DNA from: Podarcis pityusensis
Lineage: Eukaryota
Strand: one strand, 5' to 3'
DNA length: 64,000 nucleotides
NCBI GenBank assembly: GCA_964106645.2
Contig: OZ067040.1
The notes under the pieces were generated by a model. The model did not search any database, was not told the origin of the DNA, and worked only from the letters and a program-made list of their open reading frames with translations. Both the position numbers and the translations under genes were made by a program. This document shows, in pieces, positions 1 to 13,214 of the stretch. Position 1 is the first letter of the stretch; each line of letters begins with the position of its first letter.

Positions 1-1375
1 TTCATGCAAGTGGGACTGGGCCTTCAGGGCACCCTCTCACAAGCAATTCCAATTAACAGAGATGTCAAGCAAGGCTGTATACTGGTATTCTTCCCATTTA
101 ATTACTATATAAATAATCTCATTCCTGATATGGCATCCCCATCCTTCTTTGTCCCCACCCTTGGGAATTGTAAAATGCCAATTTTGCTCTACACCAATGA
201 CTTAGCTTTGTTATCCCAGAATAAAAGTGGACTTAGAAGGATGCTGGTTAAATTTGGACAGCTGTGTAAAAAAGAGCATCCAGAAATTAACTACAATAAA
301 ACCAAGGTCACTGTATTTGGCAAGAAGACTACTAAGTCCAGGTAGACTCTAGATGGTCACACCCTATAGACGGTCACACCCAGATTTAAATATCTAGGAT
401 TACTTATCAATGGGAAGTCATCATGGAAATCCCGTCTGGAAGCAATTAAGCTAATATCTGGCCATTCTACTGGGCAGCTATATAGGTTCTTCCATTCAAA
501 GGGTAGACAGTTAACCAACCCAGCTATCAAGATCTTTGTCTCTAAAATCATCGCTCAAATGCTTTATGGGGCTGAGATATGGGAAATTGGTGTCAAATCT
601 GAAATGGAAGTCCTACAAAATAAATTTATGAGGCAGATTTGGGGGCTTCCCTGTGGGACACCAGCAGCCCACCTCACAGCCTAGTTGGGCCTTCCCTCGC
701 TAGCAGCCAGAATTGATCTAGTCTACCTGAGATACTGGCACAGGCTAAATGCCTTGGAAGATCATACTCTTACTAAGTTCTGCTGGTTAGAGCAACTAAG
801 GACATGGAGCTGGGCACAAAAGTGCCAAGATAAGTTTAGGGTTTATAATCTCCAAATGGAGAACTACTTAGCCCTTAGCCCATGTGACCTCAGAAATTGG
901 ATTTTTGATCAGGATGCCAACCAAGACAGAGTATCCGTTATTGCTGCCTGATACTCTACTTGGTACCCCCAAATTAAGACCAATCACTCAAGGCCCCATT
1001 ACCTTGAGACTCTGACTTTTTCATAACTATGTAGGGACTTTGTAGAGCTAAGATTTCAACAGATGCCCTCAGCATATTTAGAGGGGAATTCTTAATTGGC
1101 TTCCAGGTCGATCCGCACAGGAAGTGACAGTTGAATTCCTAGCAGATAAATATCTATATATGACACACCAGGTAGCCAAATTTGCACTGGCAGCCAAGAA
1201 GCTCCATTCCAGCTATGTGAATGCACTCCAATTTTAAGTCTTAATGTTGTAAATTACTTTTATATTGTAAACTGCTACAGGCTACGTGTATGATTTTTGA
1301 TGGAAGTTTCCTTTTATTCTCTGTCGTCCATTGTAAAGCCCTTTGACTACATACAATAAATATTGATTGATTGAC
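1..1375 (+). mobile_element. Non-LTR retrotransposon, 3' part (RT domain to tail), decayed; RTE-X-like clade tentative
   Basis: ORF 4-345 has decayed RT motifs DVKQGCIL..FNYYINNL and ILLYTNDLALL (cf. GVRQGC.LSP.LFN and LLYADD). Downstream remnants: FKYLG, MLYGAEIW, ELRFQQMPSAYLEG, THQVAKFALAAKK. Ends with AATAAA and (ATTG)n at ~1354-1375. Confidence 0.85.
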
Positions 1376-2728
1376 TTGAATCTATATATAGCTTAAGGTA
1401 AGCAATAGTACTACTTAAACATTTCTTGTTCCAAAGTCTAGATCTTAAGAATTCCATTGTTCAAAGTAGGAGAGCATTCCAAGTTTCTTGGCCTTGCTAT
1501 CTCTTGTAAGATGCTGCAAGCATAGGCTTAGGCAAGTGAGCTTCATATCATAGGAAATTGGTAGTTCAAACTTTAGAGCATATTTATAAAGTTTCTCAGA
1601 ATCTTATCATGAGAAAATAATAACTCACTGTCTCATAAATTAGGCTCACAATCCACTCTAAGCTATTTTATCATTTATAAACATTCTCAGAACTTTAACA
1701 TCAATACATCAAGTTTTACAACTATCCTTATCATGACATCCATGCATTCAGCTTATCATGATTACACATTCCTTAACCTAAAATTTATTGACCATTAATT
1801 GATAAACAAAACCTTTAACTACAGTTATGTCCTTGAATGAAAGATTGAACTTTCCCCAAACTTCAGATAAACCTTTAACCTCAAACATTAGTTTTATGAT
1901 TTAATGTTCTTTCTATTTAATAAAAATGAAACATTCTGCCTTGTGAATGATGCTAATATTAGTTACTAAAATTAATTATGCTCTTGCTTTGAGTCTGTGT
2001 CCTTTCTTAACATAATGATTGCTTTTATTTATGTAGCTCTGCAAATTCTTATAAATTTGTCACAAACCATTTCCATTGGTTATGACTTGTTTCCATTAAA
2101 ACAGAATGCATTGTGTTCCTATGGAGATGAATTACTATTATTATCAGTAGCCATTGTTGGCAATTCCAGGAGAACTAAAGCTGGCTATACTGTGATATCT
2201 GCTATGACAGTCTGGGATAAGGTGATGCTCTGTTTTTGAAGGGTTATACTGATATGAGTATTATGCATCAGAGCACACAATGCATTTTGATTAATAGTAG
2301 AATCAACAAACTGTACTCTGGGTTATTATGCAAAGGAGACACTCTATTACCGTGTTATAGTAGTAAAGAATAAGTGAACAAGTTCTGTATTCTCATAGGC
2401 TGTCTTAGTCTGCCCTTCTGGAACAGAGAAACATCAAATGACTGAGAAAATTGTTCCACCTTACAGGCGACTGGTCTAGAGCAATAGTGCCACTCCCATG
2501 ATCTCTGTTTTTACCAGTGTTTTAAGGTTCCAAGCACTCACAGCAGGATGAAAGTCTCATTGAACTCAGTGAGACTTTTGGATTTGCTGCATGAGTAAAA
2601 TAGAAAAAGATTAAAGAAGTACTTAGGTTTTGAGACAGCTGGAAATAAAGATAACTCATTCATGGTGATAGATTAATATTTTGATCTCATCCCACCACTT
2701 TAGCAAGGATCCTGATGCTTCCTAGCCC

Positions 2729-3106
2729 TAGAGATGGGGGAGAAAATTGTTTGAGTTTCCATTTAAAGGCCGGCTTACCCAATTCTCTGAATTTTGCAGT
2801 GCTGCTCTCCAGCCAAGCAATGTGTACAGAAAGATATATATCCTGGGATAAAGTGCACATAGAAATGCAAATATTATCGAAAATAAATTGTTTTGTTAAG
2901 CAAAATTGCTTTGCAAAAAAAAAAAAAAGGTGCTTGGCAAAATTGCATATAACAATGTATACATTAGGTAGAATCCCTACTAAAATGCTAATGAATTTTC
3001 CTGAGAACTTTCTTGTTTAATTGCAAACCGATATGGAGAACTGAACTTATGATTGGAAAAATGAGAAACCAAGAGAATCCAAAAGTGTCAGATTTGCCCT
3101 TCCCTC
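2729..3106. mobile_element. Decayed non-autonomous DNA transposon (hAT-like MITE)
   Basis: Ends resemble TAGGGATG..CATCCCT. Interior is shared with 37930-38336 (CCATTTAAA..GC, CATAGAAATGCA, GGAAAAATGAGAAA). Confidence 0.55.
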
Positions 3107-3379
3107 TTTTCCCTCTCTCCCAGAAAGCGATACCATCTTCACAAGATGTAAATACAACATTCACAGATGGCCATCATCTCTGTCCTTCGATAGTGTATAA
3201 ATGAGCTAATGCAGCACTTGCTTTACTCTGTCTTAGTGCATAGGATCTGTTTTTGGACTGTCACTATTCTGACAGACAAGGAAGAAGGACAAAAAAAGGA
3301 AATCAATAAATAATGGCTGCATCATATTGATTCAAGAGTTGCTTAACATCATCAGGAAGGAGTGGTGAGAGTTGGTCCC

Positions 3380-3600
3380 TTTTTCAATACCCAGCTGACA
3401 AGAGAATTCTCTGGCATGGTTGCTTTATCAAGTGTCACCATCTGTATTTCAAACTTTTTTTTTGTGGAGCTCTATATTGCTTTTAGGCAAAGCACTAAAT
3501 TACCCTTTGGCAGTCTTTCTGGAGATAGCATCCTTGCAACTTATACCACCTCCTTTGAAATGATTCTGGATCTATAGTGTGCATTAGTCTACTGGTGCTT
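3380..3600 (-). mobile_element. RTE/BovB-like LINE ORF remnant
   Basis: Minus-strand translation VARMLSPERLPK resembles the RTE C-terminal W.GHVARM..ERLPK motif. Heavily decayed. Confidence 0.4.
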
Positions 3601-4408
3601 CCAGACTGTTGCTATTTTCATGGAGGAGTAAATCACATGCCGGCAAATTTAGGTCCCAGAATTATAGGTGATTGGGAGTTCTTGTGCAACAAACCCACTT
3701 CCCCATCCCCCCCAAAAATCACAACTTTTTGTGATAAGAATGGAGAAATACGCTGGAAAGTATGGAATGACACTTGCTATGATGCAACATCAATTAACCC
3801 ACAAACAACTCAGAATGTTTAAACAGCTTTAAACAGCTAACATCATCTAATCTCCCCAGAAACAAATTGGAATGAATACTCAATAAATGAGTTTTCTGGA
3901 AGCACCTTGTGAATCACAATCCTTATCTACTCCCCACCTCCCTCAGGACCCTTCTGAACGCAACTCAGATGCGGTACTGCACCAGTGCTCATTCTATTCT
4001 ATGGAAACAAGGCTTCATCCTGCTGATAATCTTCTGTTTCTTTCTGTTGGGGTTGCATACTGTTTTTAATGTATTCCATTTATGCCTTGGGCAGAGGGGG
4101 ACTCTTCCGGCTTCGCAGCCCTATAGAGATGGGGGATGGTAATGGATGGGTCTGAAGCTCCAACAGAAAAGGAAATGTGTTCCTCTCCAAAGTCTACTCT
4201 ATTAAAACAACTATGTACACTTACTTGGGACTAAGTACACAGAATGCATTAACTACTTCTGAGTTCATGTAGGATATGCAGTTCTGTTGAATGATGGCAC
4301 CATATAAGTGGAATGGATATAGTTCTCAGAAAGGCTACAAAAAGGTAGTCAAATTTCAATGCTCCTGTTGAATAATTACTTATGATCTGAAGCACAGAAG
4401 AATAGAAG

Positions 4409-4616
4409 ATTTATTTCATAGTCCACCTTTTCTTCAAGAAGTTCAAGTTGGTTCTCCCCTTCGTTACTTGACCCTCACAACAGCCCTGTGAGCTAGGTTA
4501 GGCTGGGAGACAGTAACTGGGCCAAGATCATCCCAGTGAGCTCCATAGTTGAGTGGGGATTTGAACCCTGGTCTTCCATGTCCTAGGGCAGCACTCTAAC
4601 CACTACACCATGCTGG
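4409..4616 (-). mobile_element. Squam3/MIR-like tRNA-derived SINE
   Basis: Reverse complement CCAGCATGGTGTAGTGGTTAGAGTG..GGGTTCAAATCCCCACTC (Pol III A/B boxes), CORE-like body, AT-rich tail. Confidence 0.8.
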
Positions 4617-6360
4617 GTTTCTCTTACTCTTCTGAAACAATGTCCCTGATTCCCTAGCTTCTTGTTTTCCCAACCAGTTCATGAAGTTTGGCTACTCCAC
4701 CAACTCAAAGGGAAATCCAGGGGCTACAGCTCACTAGCCTTCACAGGTGGGTTATCCTGCCTGCATGACTTTGGGTCTACTGAGCCTCTTGAAACTCTCA
4801 TGTCCAGAAAAGTGAGGAGAGGATGAGGTGGTGGTGAGGTCAGTGTGGTGCAAACACACCTGTAGAGCCAATCCAGTGTTCCCATTTGTGCATCTGCATT
4901 TTGCTGGCTTCACCTATCCACATTCCCATGTGTTGCAGCAATGCAGGCTCTCTGCTTCTGCAAATAGTCTTCCCACTTCCCGCTCAAAGGGTAAGCCTTT
5001 CAGAACTAGCCCTGAATTCACTCTCATTAGTCATAGCACAAAGTACCTGATTCATAGCTGGTTGTATCACTTCCTGTGAGGTGGAGAGTTACCCCATCTG
5101 AGAATGCTCACTTAAATGAAAGAAACACAGTCAAATATAAATGAATCCTAAACTGTGGATTGGCTTGAAATTTGAAGTAGCCATATTGACTTACCTGTTT
5201 AGTAATCAGACATGATAGTGATGCTGAGTAGACAGTGTTAGATACCCCCCCCCCCAGCCTCACTTCAGATTAGCATGCTATAGGAGATGTTCAGGTGTTT
5301 TTAAAACATGATTTACTCTTCCCCGTTAGAGTACTGCTTGGAAAATCTTGGTTTCCCCCCCAGTACATGAAATCATATGCATGTCGGTATATCTGGCTAT
5401 CTCTGCAAAAGCAGAACGAGCATTGTGTCACATATTAGGTGATACTTTTGCTTGTGATTGGTTGCTTAATTTAAAACAATGAGATGCACTACGTACGCAT
5501 TTCAAATTCAGATGCCACCCATAGCCAATTGTATCATTTTTTCACCGTAGGTAAAATATACTACCCAAACTTCTTGATAATAAGCTTAACCTCTTTGTAA
5601 TTGAAAAGTGATTCAAAATGTCTCCCTCCCATGTTTTCTATTAGCTTCTGTTTAACATATAACATATCAAATACCCTGTTTTTTCCATCACTCTCTAGGT
5701 CTCTGCTCCTTTTGGTTTCAGCAGAACAGCTCATACATAAACATATTCACATCCTAGATTGGTAGTGACAGTTTATTTCTACTATCCTGATGGATTGTAC
5801 AGGATATCTACAGCTTTCTTCACTAACTAGACAACCAAGCGTGGACTGCAAAATTAATCTTGAAATGGCAAGATACCTTAGCAGGCAGAATCACTTCCAC
5901 ACATGTTCACTTGCTTCAACGAGATAGCTTTTCTTTACAGATTCTTCTGTATCAAGCAATTTTAACAGAATAGACCGAATACACTGCAGCTTGCTTTGGG
6001 ATTTTTCAGACACCTGGCAGGCAAGCAGGCAGGGTTGATCTGTAGATCTACTTCCATTTGGGGGTCTACTTTCATTTGGGGATTTGGGGATAAAGGTATG
6101 TAGGTAGAAGTTTGGCATCAATCTTGAAGGGTTGTGTGTCAAGTAAATATATTTTATTAAAGAGGTAGTGCTGGGCAAAATCCCCCAAAACAAGGTTTTA
6201 AAAAGATAGAATTGTTTTACATATAAAATGGCTTTTGATTGTTTTTACATTTTGGGGGGTTTTATTGACTGTTTGTGTGGTGGTCTTTTCTTCTTCAGCT
6301 GTACATGTTATTGTTGTAACTATTGTGGAGGGTGGGGTGATTTTAAAAAACCAATCCTCT

Positions 6361-6705
6361 TGTCACACTGGGAATATTTCCTTACTCACCCAGTTTAGAC
6401 TATTCCACCATTCTTCAGCAGAGTTTCTTTTCTTTCAGCAAAGTAAGTGGCTCACGTATATGTCAAACAAAGCTTTAAAAATAAAGAAAACTGTAATGTA
6501 ACACAATAACATACAGTAATGTCTGAGAGAAACTAAAACAACATGAGGCAAGAATGACAGTTGGTCTCTCTAACTTAACTTAACTGAACTGAACACCTGA
6601 AGGGAGCGGCTGATTCCGGAGCATAACACAAAAGCCCCGCCCACCAGATGCCAGACATCCAACTGATCAAATTAGGCCCCAGTGTTTTTCTTATAGTGAC
6701 TCACA
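6361..6705 (-). mobile_element. Possible decayed LTR fragment
   Basis: TGT..ACA ends, GC box and AACTT/AACTG repeats as in squamate Gypsy LTRs. No TSD; boundaries uncertain. Confidence 0.3.
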
Positions 6706-6741
6706 TGGGCAGGTAAGAAACCTAAGAAATAAATACATGTA

Positions 6742-6964
6742 CAGTGATATCTCGGGTTAAGAACTTAATTTGTTCTGGAGGTCTGTTCTTAACCTGAAAC
6801 TGTTCTTAACTTGAGGTACCACTTTAGCTAATGGGGCCTCCCGCTGCCGCCGTGCTGCCAAGCGATTTCTGTTCTCATCCTGAAGTAAAGTTCTTAACCC
6901 GAGGTACTATTTCTGGGTTAGTGGAGTCTGTAACCTGAAGCGCCTGTAACCCGAGGTACCACTG
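6742..6964. mobile_element. Tc1/mariner (Tigger-like) MITE, family A
   Basis: TIRs CAGTGATATCTCGGGTTA / TAACCCGAGGTACCACTG with TA on both sides. Inverted relative to copies at 37202 and 61583. Confidence 0.92.
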
Positions 6965-8699
6965 TATAAAATAAGTTGTGGTTTTAACAAGGCCTCTGGT
7001 TAGATCCCAGTCCATTGTTTTCAAAGGGATGGCTGGTTCAAATGTACATAGAATCATGTTCATCATTAGATTTTACCACATTTGATTAATTAAGGCTGCA
7101 GTCCTAACACCAATTACCTGGAAGAAAGCAGCATTGAATTTTGAGTAGACATGGTTAAGGATTGTTAATTGCTATTAGCTAAACAGGTAAACCCTCTTCG
7201 TTGAACTGATATGAAAGTCTCATCTTTGGGATGTTATATCTGTAATTATACATTCACACATTGCAGTTACCACTGGATACTAAAGTGATGGACATGTATG
7301 TATGAACTAAACCCTTGACGACTGGAAGCCAGTATGTGCAACTGACTGTTTTGGACAACAGTATCATAGGATACGAATGTTCTGTTTGTCCCGTTGTGTG
7401 TGTGATGGTTCATTCTCATATGCATGTCACCGCTGAATGCTGCAGTGGTTAAGTGATGAATGTGCATATCTACACCAGGTCTTAATTGGTACTGAGTGTG
7501 CTAGTGTGTGGCCCTCAGTGCCCAATGATATCATCAGCCTGTGTGTCAGCTGCTAGTCATTCTGAATGTGCATAGACTGCATTGTGCAACACTTGCTGTC
7601 TTCCAGCTTCTTCTGCCATCATGCAGTATCCTATTGCTCTCCCTTCTTGGTCCCTTCCTCCTGTGAAGTGGCCACGTAATTTGCTCAGGACCACCAAACA
7701 CATTGCCACGCTTTCAAATAACTGCAATTTCAGACGAAGAGACAGGTGGGCATGCAGATCTTGTTCTGTTTTTGAAATGTATAGTATTACAATCCAGGAG
7801 AGTTTAGACACACATATCATATAATCATATTTCTTTAATATCCATTGAAAACTTAGGCATAAGTATGCCACAGTTAATTAAATGACCTAACTAATGATTA
7901 AATACTCTTCTGGTTTGACATGAGTAACTGTACTGTGTGATGTGGTTCTATATTAGCAGAAACTACCAGATGACAGTTCTGCTGGAAAAGAATGAATGTT
8001 GAAGTTTGCCTGCAGGAAAGGCAGCTGCATGTCAACTGCTCTCTGAATCAGAATAAAAAGTTCTCAGATGATTTCATTCCATCTGACTTTTTCATTCTCC
8101 TACAGTAATGGAGACTTCATTGATGGCAAGTCCAGTACCATTTACCACAAGTAGATGTCAAGCTAGGTGTTGGAATACATTAGCAGCATAAATGCTTATG
8201 ACTTCTGAAGCCTTATATAGCCTAGACACAGCATATCTGAGGGTAGGCCTCTCCTAGTATGAACCCTCTCATCGTCTAAGATCTCATGGATAAGCCATGT
8301 TCCACGTTTCCTTCAAAAATACGTTTGGTTGATGCTCAGAGTAAGACCTAGATGCTTCTATTGTTATAGAATGTTCCATCTAAGCCTTTTGCTGCCTGCT
8401 TTAGAAAAGGACATAAACCAGAATTATTTCTCTTAATTATATTTTCAGTCAGAAAGTGGCACTATATTTTTAGTACATGAAATGACTCACGTTTTATTAT
8501 TCTGTTCTTCACAATCATGAGATGTATGTTACTCAGAGACCCATTTTACATGTGGTAACTATGATCAGGATGGAAAAACTTTCCCAAGGCTACCAATGAA
8601 GGCCAATTATCTTGATCTGACTACCATAACTCAAGATAGGACCTGCATGCCATTTATTTTAAAAACTTGCTCCCCTCCTAATTTTTGAGGAACTCAAGG

Positions 8700-8779
8700 T
8701 GGCAGGGGGTTGGACTCGATGGCCCTCTTGTGGTCTCTTCCAACTCTATGATTCTATGTTTCTATGATTCTATGATTCT
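8700..8779 (+). mobile_element. CR1 LINE 3' tail
   Basis: GGGTTGGACTCGATGGCC..TTCCAACTCTATG followed by (ATTCTATG)n. Confidence 0.9.
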
Positions 8780-9607
8780 CATTTTTCCTGAAAGTCCCTG
8801 TAACATGTAACACTGATCTTCAAGTGGGCCCATATGCAATGCCCATCCAGAAAAGCGAAGAGTATAATCAGGCCTAGGCTATGCATACACATTACGTTTA
8901 TAATATGGAAGTCAGGCCAGCAGCTGGGTAGACAGGAGCAATTCTGCATTCTTACCACATGTTGACTATAGCCACAATGTTGCCCAATGCATGAGCAGGA
9001 AATTGAAGGTTGTAAATTGAGCTAAACTCAAAAGAAAAAAACAAGGAAGGAATGGGAGTAAGTATATTGAATTCTACTGGAGGAATAAATACTAGAAGCT
9101 GCTCTAAGTGCAAAACTTCAACTCTAATTATGTATTCCTTGATGATAAACAGTAATTGTACATAGGTGGAGGGTAAGATACTTCTTTTCAAAAGTAACAT
9201 GAAATTGGGAACTGGATGATTAACAAAATGTTAATTGCCAAATGCGCTATGTAATTGAAAATGTGATAACTGCCATATAATTCCAGACATTAATGCATTA
9301 GTGTGGTGTCCCAATTATGAAAAGCCCAATGCCTGCAGCTACACTAGGTTGGCAGAACACACAGTACAGAATTTGTCACCAGGCACTTGTAAGTATCCCC
9401 CTTCGCTTTAGCCTTTGTTGGTATCAAATAGTTATTTTTGTCACTGTTCATCGGCTCACAGCATCAAAGCTAGGAATGTGTATGCCTCCCATCTGCCCTG
9501 TGGCCCATGGATTCAGCAGATCTTCCCTGTGCTACTCCAAATCCACCCCAGAAACAATTTGGGGGTTGGTTTAAGTGTTTTTAAAGGGAGTTTTAAACAC
9601 TAACATA

Positions 9608-9840
9608 CAGTATTTGACTAGGACCTGGGATATAAGGGTTCAAATCTCCACTCAGCCATGAAGCTCACTGGGTGACCTTTGGCCAGTCTCTGTCTGTCAG
9701 CCTAACCTACCTCACAGATTGTCGTGAGGATTAAATAGATTATAAACAGATAGATTTATAGAATTGCAGAGTTGGAAGGGAATTGCATGCCACCTTGAGC
9801 TCATTAGAGAAAAAGGTGGGATATCAACGCAATAAAATAA
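9608..9840 (+). mobile_element. Squam3/MIR-like SINE with a small antisense CR1-tail fragment (~9745-9781)
   Basis: GGGTTCAAATCTCCACTCAGCCATGAAGCTCACTGGGTGACC body; ATAGAATTGCAGAGTTGGAAGGG insert. Confidence 0.75.
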
Positions 9841-10341
9841 AGTTAAAATAGGGTTTAAAAAAAGGCCGGAGGGGACACACCAGCACCATGCAGGATTGAA
9901 TCCCCCTAGTTAACAGCTCTCTGATGCTGCTTGGTGCTGCTGGTTTGCAAGTGCCTTCCTTTCACAAAAGGGAAGCACACTGCCCAATGAATCTACAATC
10001 AAATATCACTTGAACTCATGCTTCTCAGATGGCAGATGGCGCAAATTCTACCGTGGACTAAAATTATTTATTGAAAGCAGGCTATGGAGGTTTAAAATAG
10101 ATTTTGTTTTCTGGCTCAAACCTCCCCAGAGCATTTGGACTGGCTGCTCTGTGGAAAGTGAAGCGGTAAGGCTCAAGGCATCCATTGGCTCTCTATCTCC
10201 TATATGTTTTCCCTCCAGAATGCCATTTCAGATTTCAGTGGTTTGGGGCAAGATTCCAAGCAATATTTAAAGGTCTGCTTGCTGATACATTCAAGGTTGA
10301 ATTTAAGCAAATCCGTGCAGTGAAGAGATTTAGTTATGATA

Positions 10342-10698
10342 CAGTGGTACCTCGCAAGACGAATGCCTCGCAAGACAAAAAACTCGCTAGACGAAAGGGT
10401 TTTTTTGTTTTTTGAGCTGCTTTGCAAGACGATTTTCCCTATGGGCTTGCTTCGCAAGATGGAAACGTCTTGCAAGTTTGTTTCCTTTTTCTTAACACCG
10501 TTAATACAGTTGCGACTTGACTTCGAGGAGCAACTCATAGAACGTGGTGTGGTAGCCTTTTTTGAGGTTTTTAAAGACTTTGGTGATTTTTGAAGCTTTT
10601 CCAAAACTTTCCCGACACCGTGCTTCACAAGACAAAAAAAAATCGCAAGACGACAAAACTCGTGGAACGAATTAATTTCGTCTTGCGCGGCACCACTG
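10342..10698. mobile_element. Tc1/mariner (Tigger-like) MITE, family B
   Basis: TIRs CAGTGGTACCTCGCAAGACGAA / TTCGTCTTGCGCGGCACCACTG, TA TSD, internal GCAAGAC repeats, CpG-rich. Confidence 0.92.
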
Positions 10699-11029
10699 TA
10701 GTTATATTTTAATGCTAGTGCTGTGCAGGGATAGCTCCACCATTAGATGCTGGGAGACAGCGGCAGAGGAAACAGATAGTTGAAGGGAGAAGATTTGGCC
10801 AGGTTACTGAGTGATGCAGCAGTTTTGCTTTACAAATTAAACCCTGTTTGGACATAATGTGTGGTTCAGTTGTGACATACAATAGCTTTGGTAGTTTGCT
10901 CCTGGTCTTTTGTTAGTAACATAAATCAAGCTAAGATTTCAACTTCTGCCCCCGAGTCCAATTCAGGTCTTTCTTTTCCCTGCATAGTTTCCAAGAACAT
11001 AAAACTCTTTGTAAAATCAAACTCTATAA

Positions 11030-11164
11030 TGAGGCTATAGACCTTGGGCCCCCAGATTCTGTTGGAGTACAACTCCCATCATCCCTGGCTATTGACTAAG
11101 CAGTCTAGGAATGATGGTACTTGCAATCCAATAGCATCTAAGGACACAAGGCTGATGAACACTG
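11030..11164. mobile_element. Old URR1-like hAT MITE
   Basis: TACAACTCCCATCATCCCT..GATGG..TTGCAATCCAA palindromic core, homologous to copies at 24101 and 60831. Confidence 0.7.
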
Positions 11165-12094
11165 GACTTGTATGCCACACTTCTCTGAAATGTGACTGTG
11201 TACTCATGTCAGAGCATAGCTTGCTCCTGCTACCAGCTAGGGTTGGATTCACAGCAGCTACAGAAATGCTGAAACCACAGGAGAGAAAACAAGAAGGTTT
11301 TGAGAATGATAACTAACCGAAACCAGTGTTTTTTATGCTGCACCTCCCACACAGTTTTAAAGTTGAAGCCTAAAGAGATTAACGCTAATGAAGTGAAAAA
11401 CAACCTCTATGTGTTGCACTTGAAATGAATGGTATATGGGTAGGGGAATCCCTCTGCAAAGAAATCTAAGGGCAAAATAAAAAATAAAAAATCAATCTGC
11501 TTGTTCACAAAGCTTGGAAGTTTCATCAAGAACAAACTGACTTTTCATGCAATCAATACACAACAGAGGTCTCTTTTACTGCAATGGCGAGAGCTCTAAG
11601 GCTCTAATAAGTGCATCATAATTTCGGGCTTTTCAGCTGTGTGTATCAAAGGAGCACATGTCACCACCCCTGATATATCTCCAAGGAGAACATGTCACCA
11701 CCCGCAATATACAGTTGGTAGAACTGAGGCACAGAGATAAAACCTTCTGTCCTAGATTTCGCAGTCTGATAATAACAAAATAACTATGGATAATACATAC
11801 TACTTCAGCTGCTCTTCATTTTAACCTGTTCTCTTTTTTAAAGGAAGTGCTTTATTTCTATTCTCAGCAAATGTACACCTAACTATAGACTGGAATGCTG
11901 GTGGGGAAACATCGAAGGTGTAATTACCTGGTAAATGGAGGGTCCTCCCACTTGGTCCAATATGCAAAAATGTAATCCAGATCACAAGAACGTAAAAGGA
12001 AGGGTTGCCAGCAACATAATACAAGGGCTTCTTGCCAGATAAGTACTGCTTTGAAACGTCAGAAACTCCCAGTCCTGGGAGGAGAAAGAATTAC

Positions 12095-12268
12095 AGGAAT
12101 GTGCCTATTATCAGGTCATCTCTATAGACAGCATTGTCTGCCATGACTCACAAGATAGTCTTTACATCAGCTACTACATGACGCTTTTAAGGGTTGGAAA
12201 TAGCAGGGGTTGAACCTGGGATCTTTTGCAGTCCAAGCATGTGCTCTATTACGGAATTATGGGCCCAG
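12095..12268 (-). mobile_element. tRNA-head SINE with CR1-like tail, decayed
   Basis: Reverse complement TAGAGCACATGCTTGGACTGCAAAAGATCCCAGGTTCAACCCCTG; same family as 13215. Confidence 0.65.
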
Positions 12269-12512
12269 AGGAAAAAGCAGCTGTTCTTTCCTATGCTTAT
12301 GGTTCTGCACTCATTATCACCTTGAGATATGAAATGATATCTATGTAATTGTAGAATGGCTATCTCAGCCATGGAAAGTATCCCATGACACACTTTGTTT
12401 AAAGATGGTTGTGACGGGTGCCATTGGTAGGTAGGGTGATTTACTCACTCATTCTCTCTCACACACACTCTTTCTCTCTCTCACACTCTTTCTCTCTCTC
12501 AATCCTACACAC

Positions 12513-12998
12513 TGTCAAGGCTTTGGGAAGTCTGTTCCTCCCCCAGTGACAGCAAGAAGCAGAGAGAACAAGGTAGAGTCCTTGTTTATTCATTCATAAT
12601 AGTGAGAAACAAAAGAAGGCAGCAAACCCTAACAATGGCGTTGCTCCAACTGGGCTCTCCACCCCCCCCCCCAGCAATAGCATTCCCCCTTATGATGGCC
12701 ACTTGTGGCCAATTGTCTCTGAGTCCTTTGTTCCTGCACTCTTAATGAATGCTGAGTTCTGGGAGAAGGGGGGCTAGAAATATTCTCCAGTGACAACGAG
12801 TCAGCTGACTGCTCTGCCTGTGTCTCTCCCCCCTCCTCCTTCTAACACTTCACAACTTTTCTGTTCATCTATCTCTGAGCTGTGATCCTCCCCAAACCTC
12901 TGCTGTAAATCAATGCAGCACCAGGAGAACGGGGTGGGGGTAGGGTGAATCCCACCACTCCTCCTCCTGTTTCATCCCCTTGAGTCCAATCCCTGACA
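12513..12998 (-). mobile_element. Solo LTR (Gypsy-like)
   Basis: TGTCAAGG...CCCTGACA termini. CACAC on both sides (inside a CA tract, so weak evidence). Minus-strand AATAAA ~70 bp from the 3' end. Confidence 0.8.
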
Positions 12999-13214
12999 CA
13001 CACACACACACATATTCACTCATGGACCCGCATACCATTTGCCATGGCTGGTGCCTTGGGTGGACAGGGCCACCCACACGTTCTATACCATGTGTACTTA
13101 TTGACACACACCAGTGTGTGACTGCAAATTTCATTGTATGTGATGATGAGATTGCAGTCTGTGTACGTCCCTGATAAAAGGGGAATAAATATGAGTCAAG
13201 AAGGAATGGACTGA

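Noticed and set aside
5877-6013. Minus-strand exon-like segment with a CAG acceptor and AAG|GTATCT donor
   Set aside because: Stops in all three frames, weak donor, unrecognised peptide.
10200-10628. Longest ORF in the track (142 aa)
   Set aside because: Lies mostly within a MITE, has no transposase motifs, and is low-complexity.
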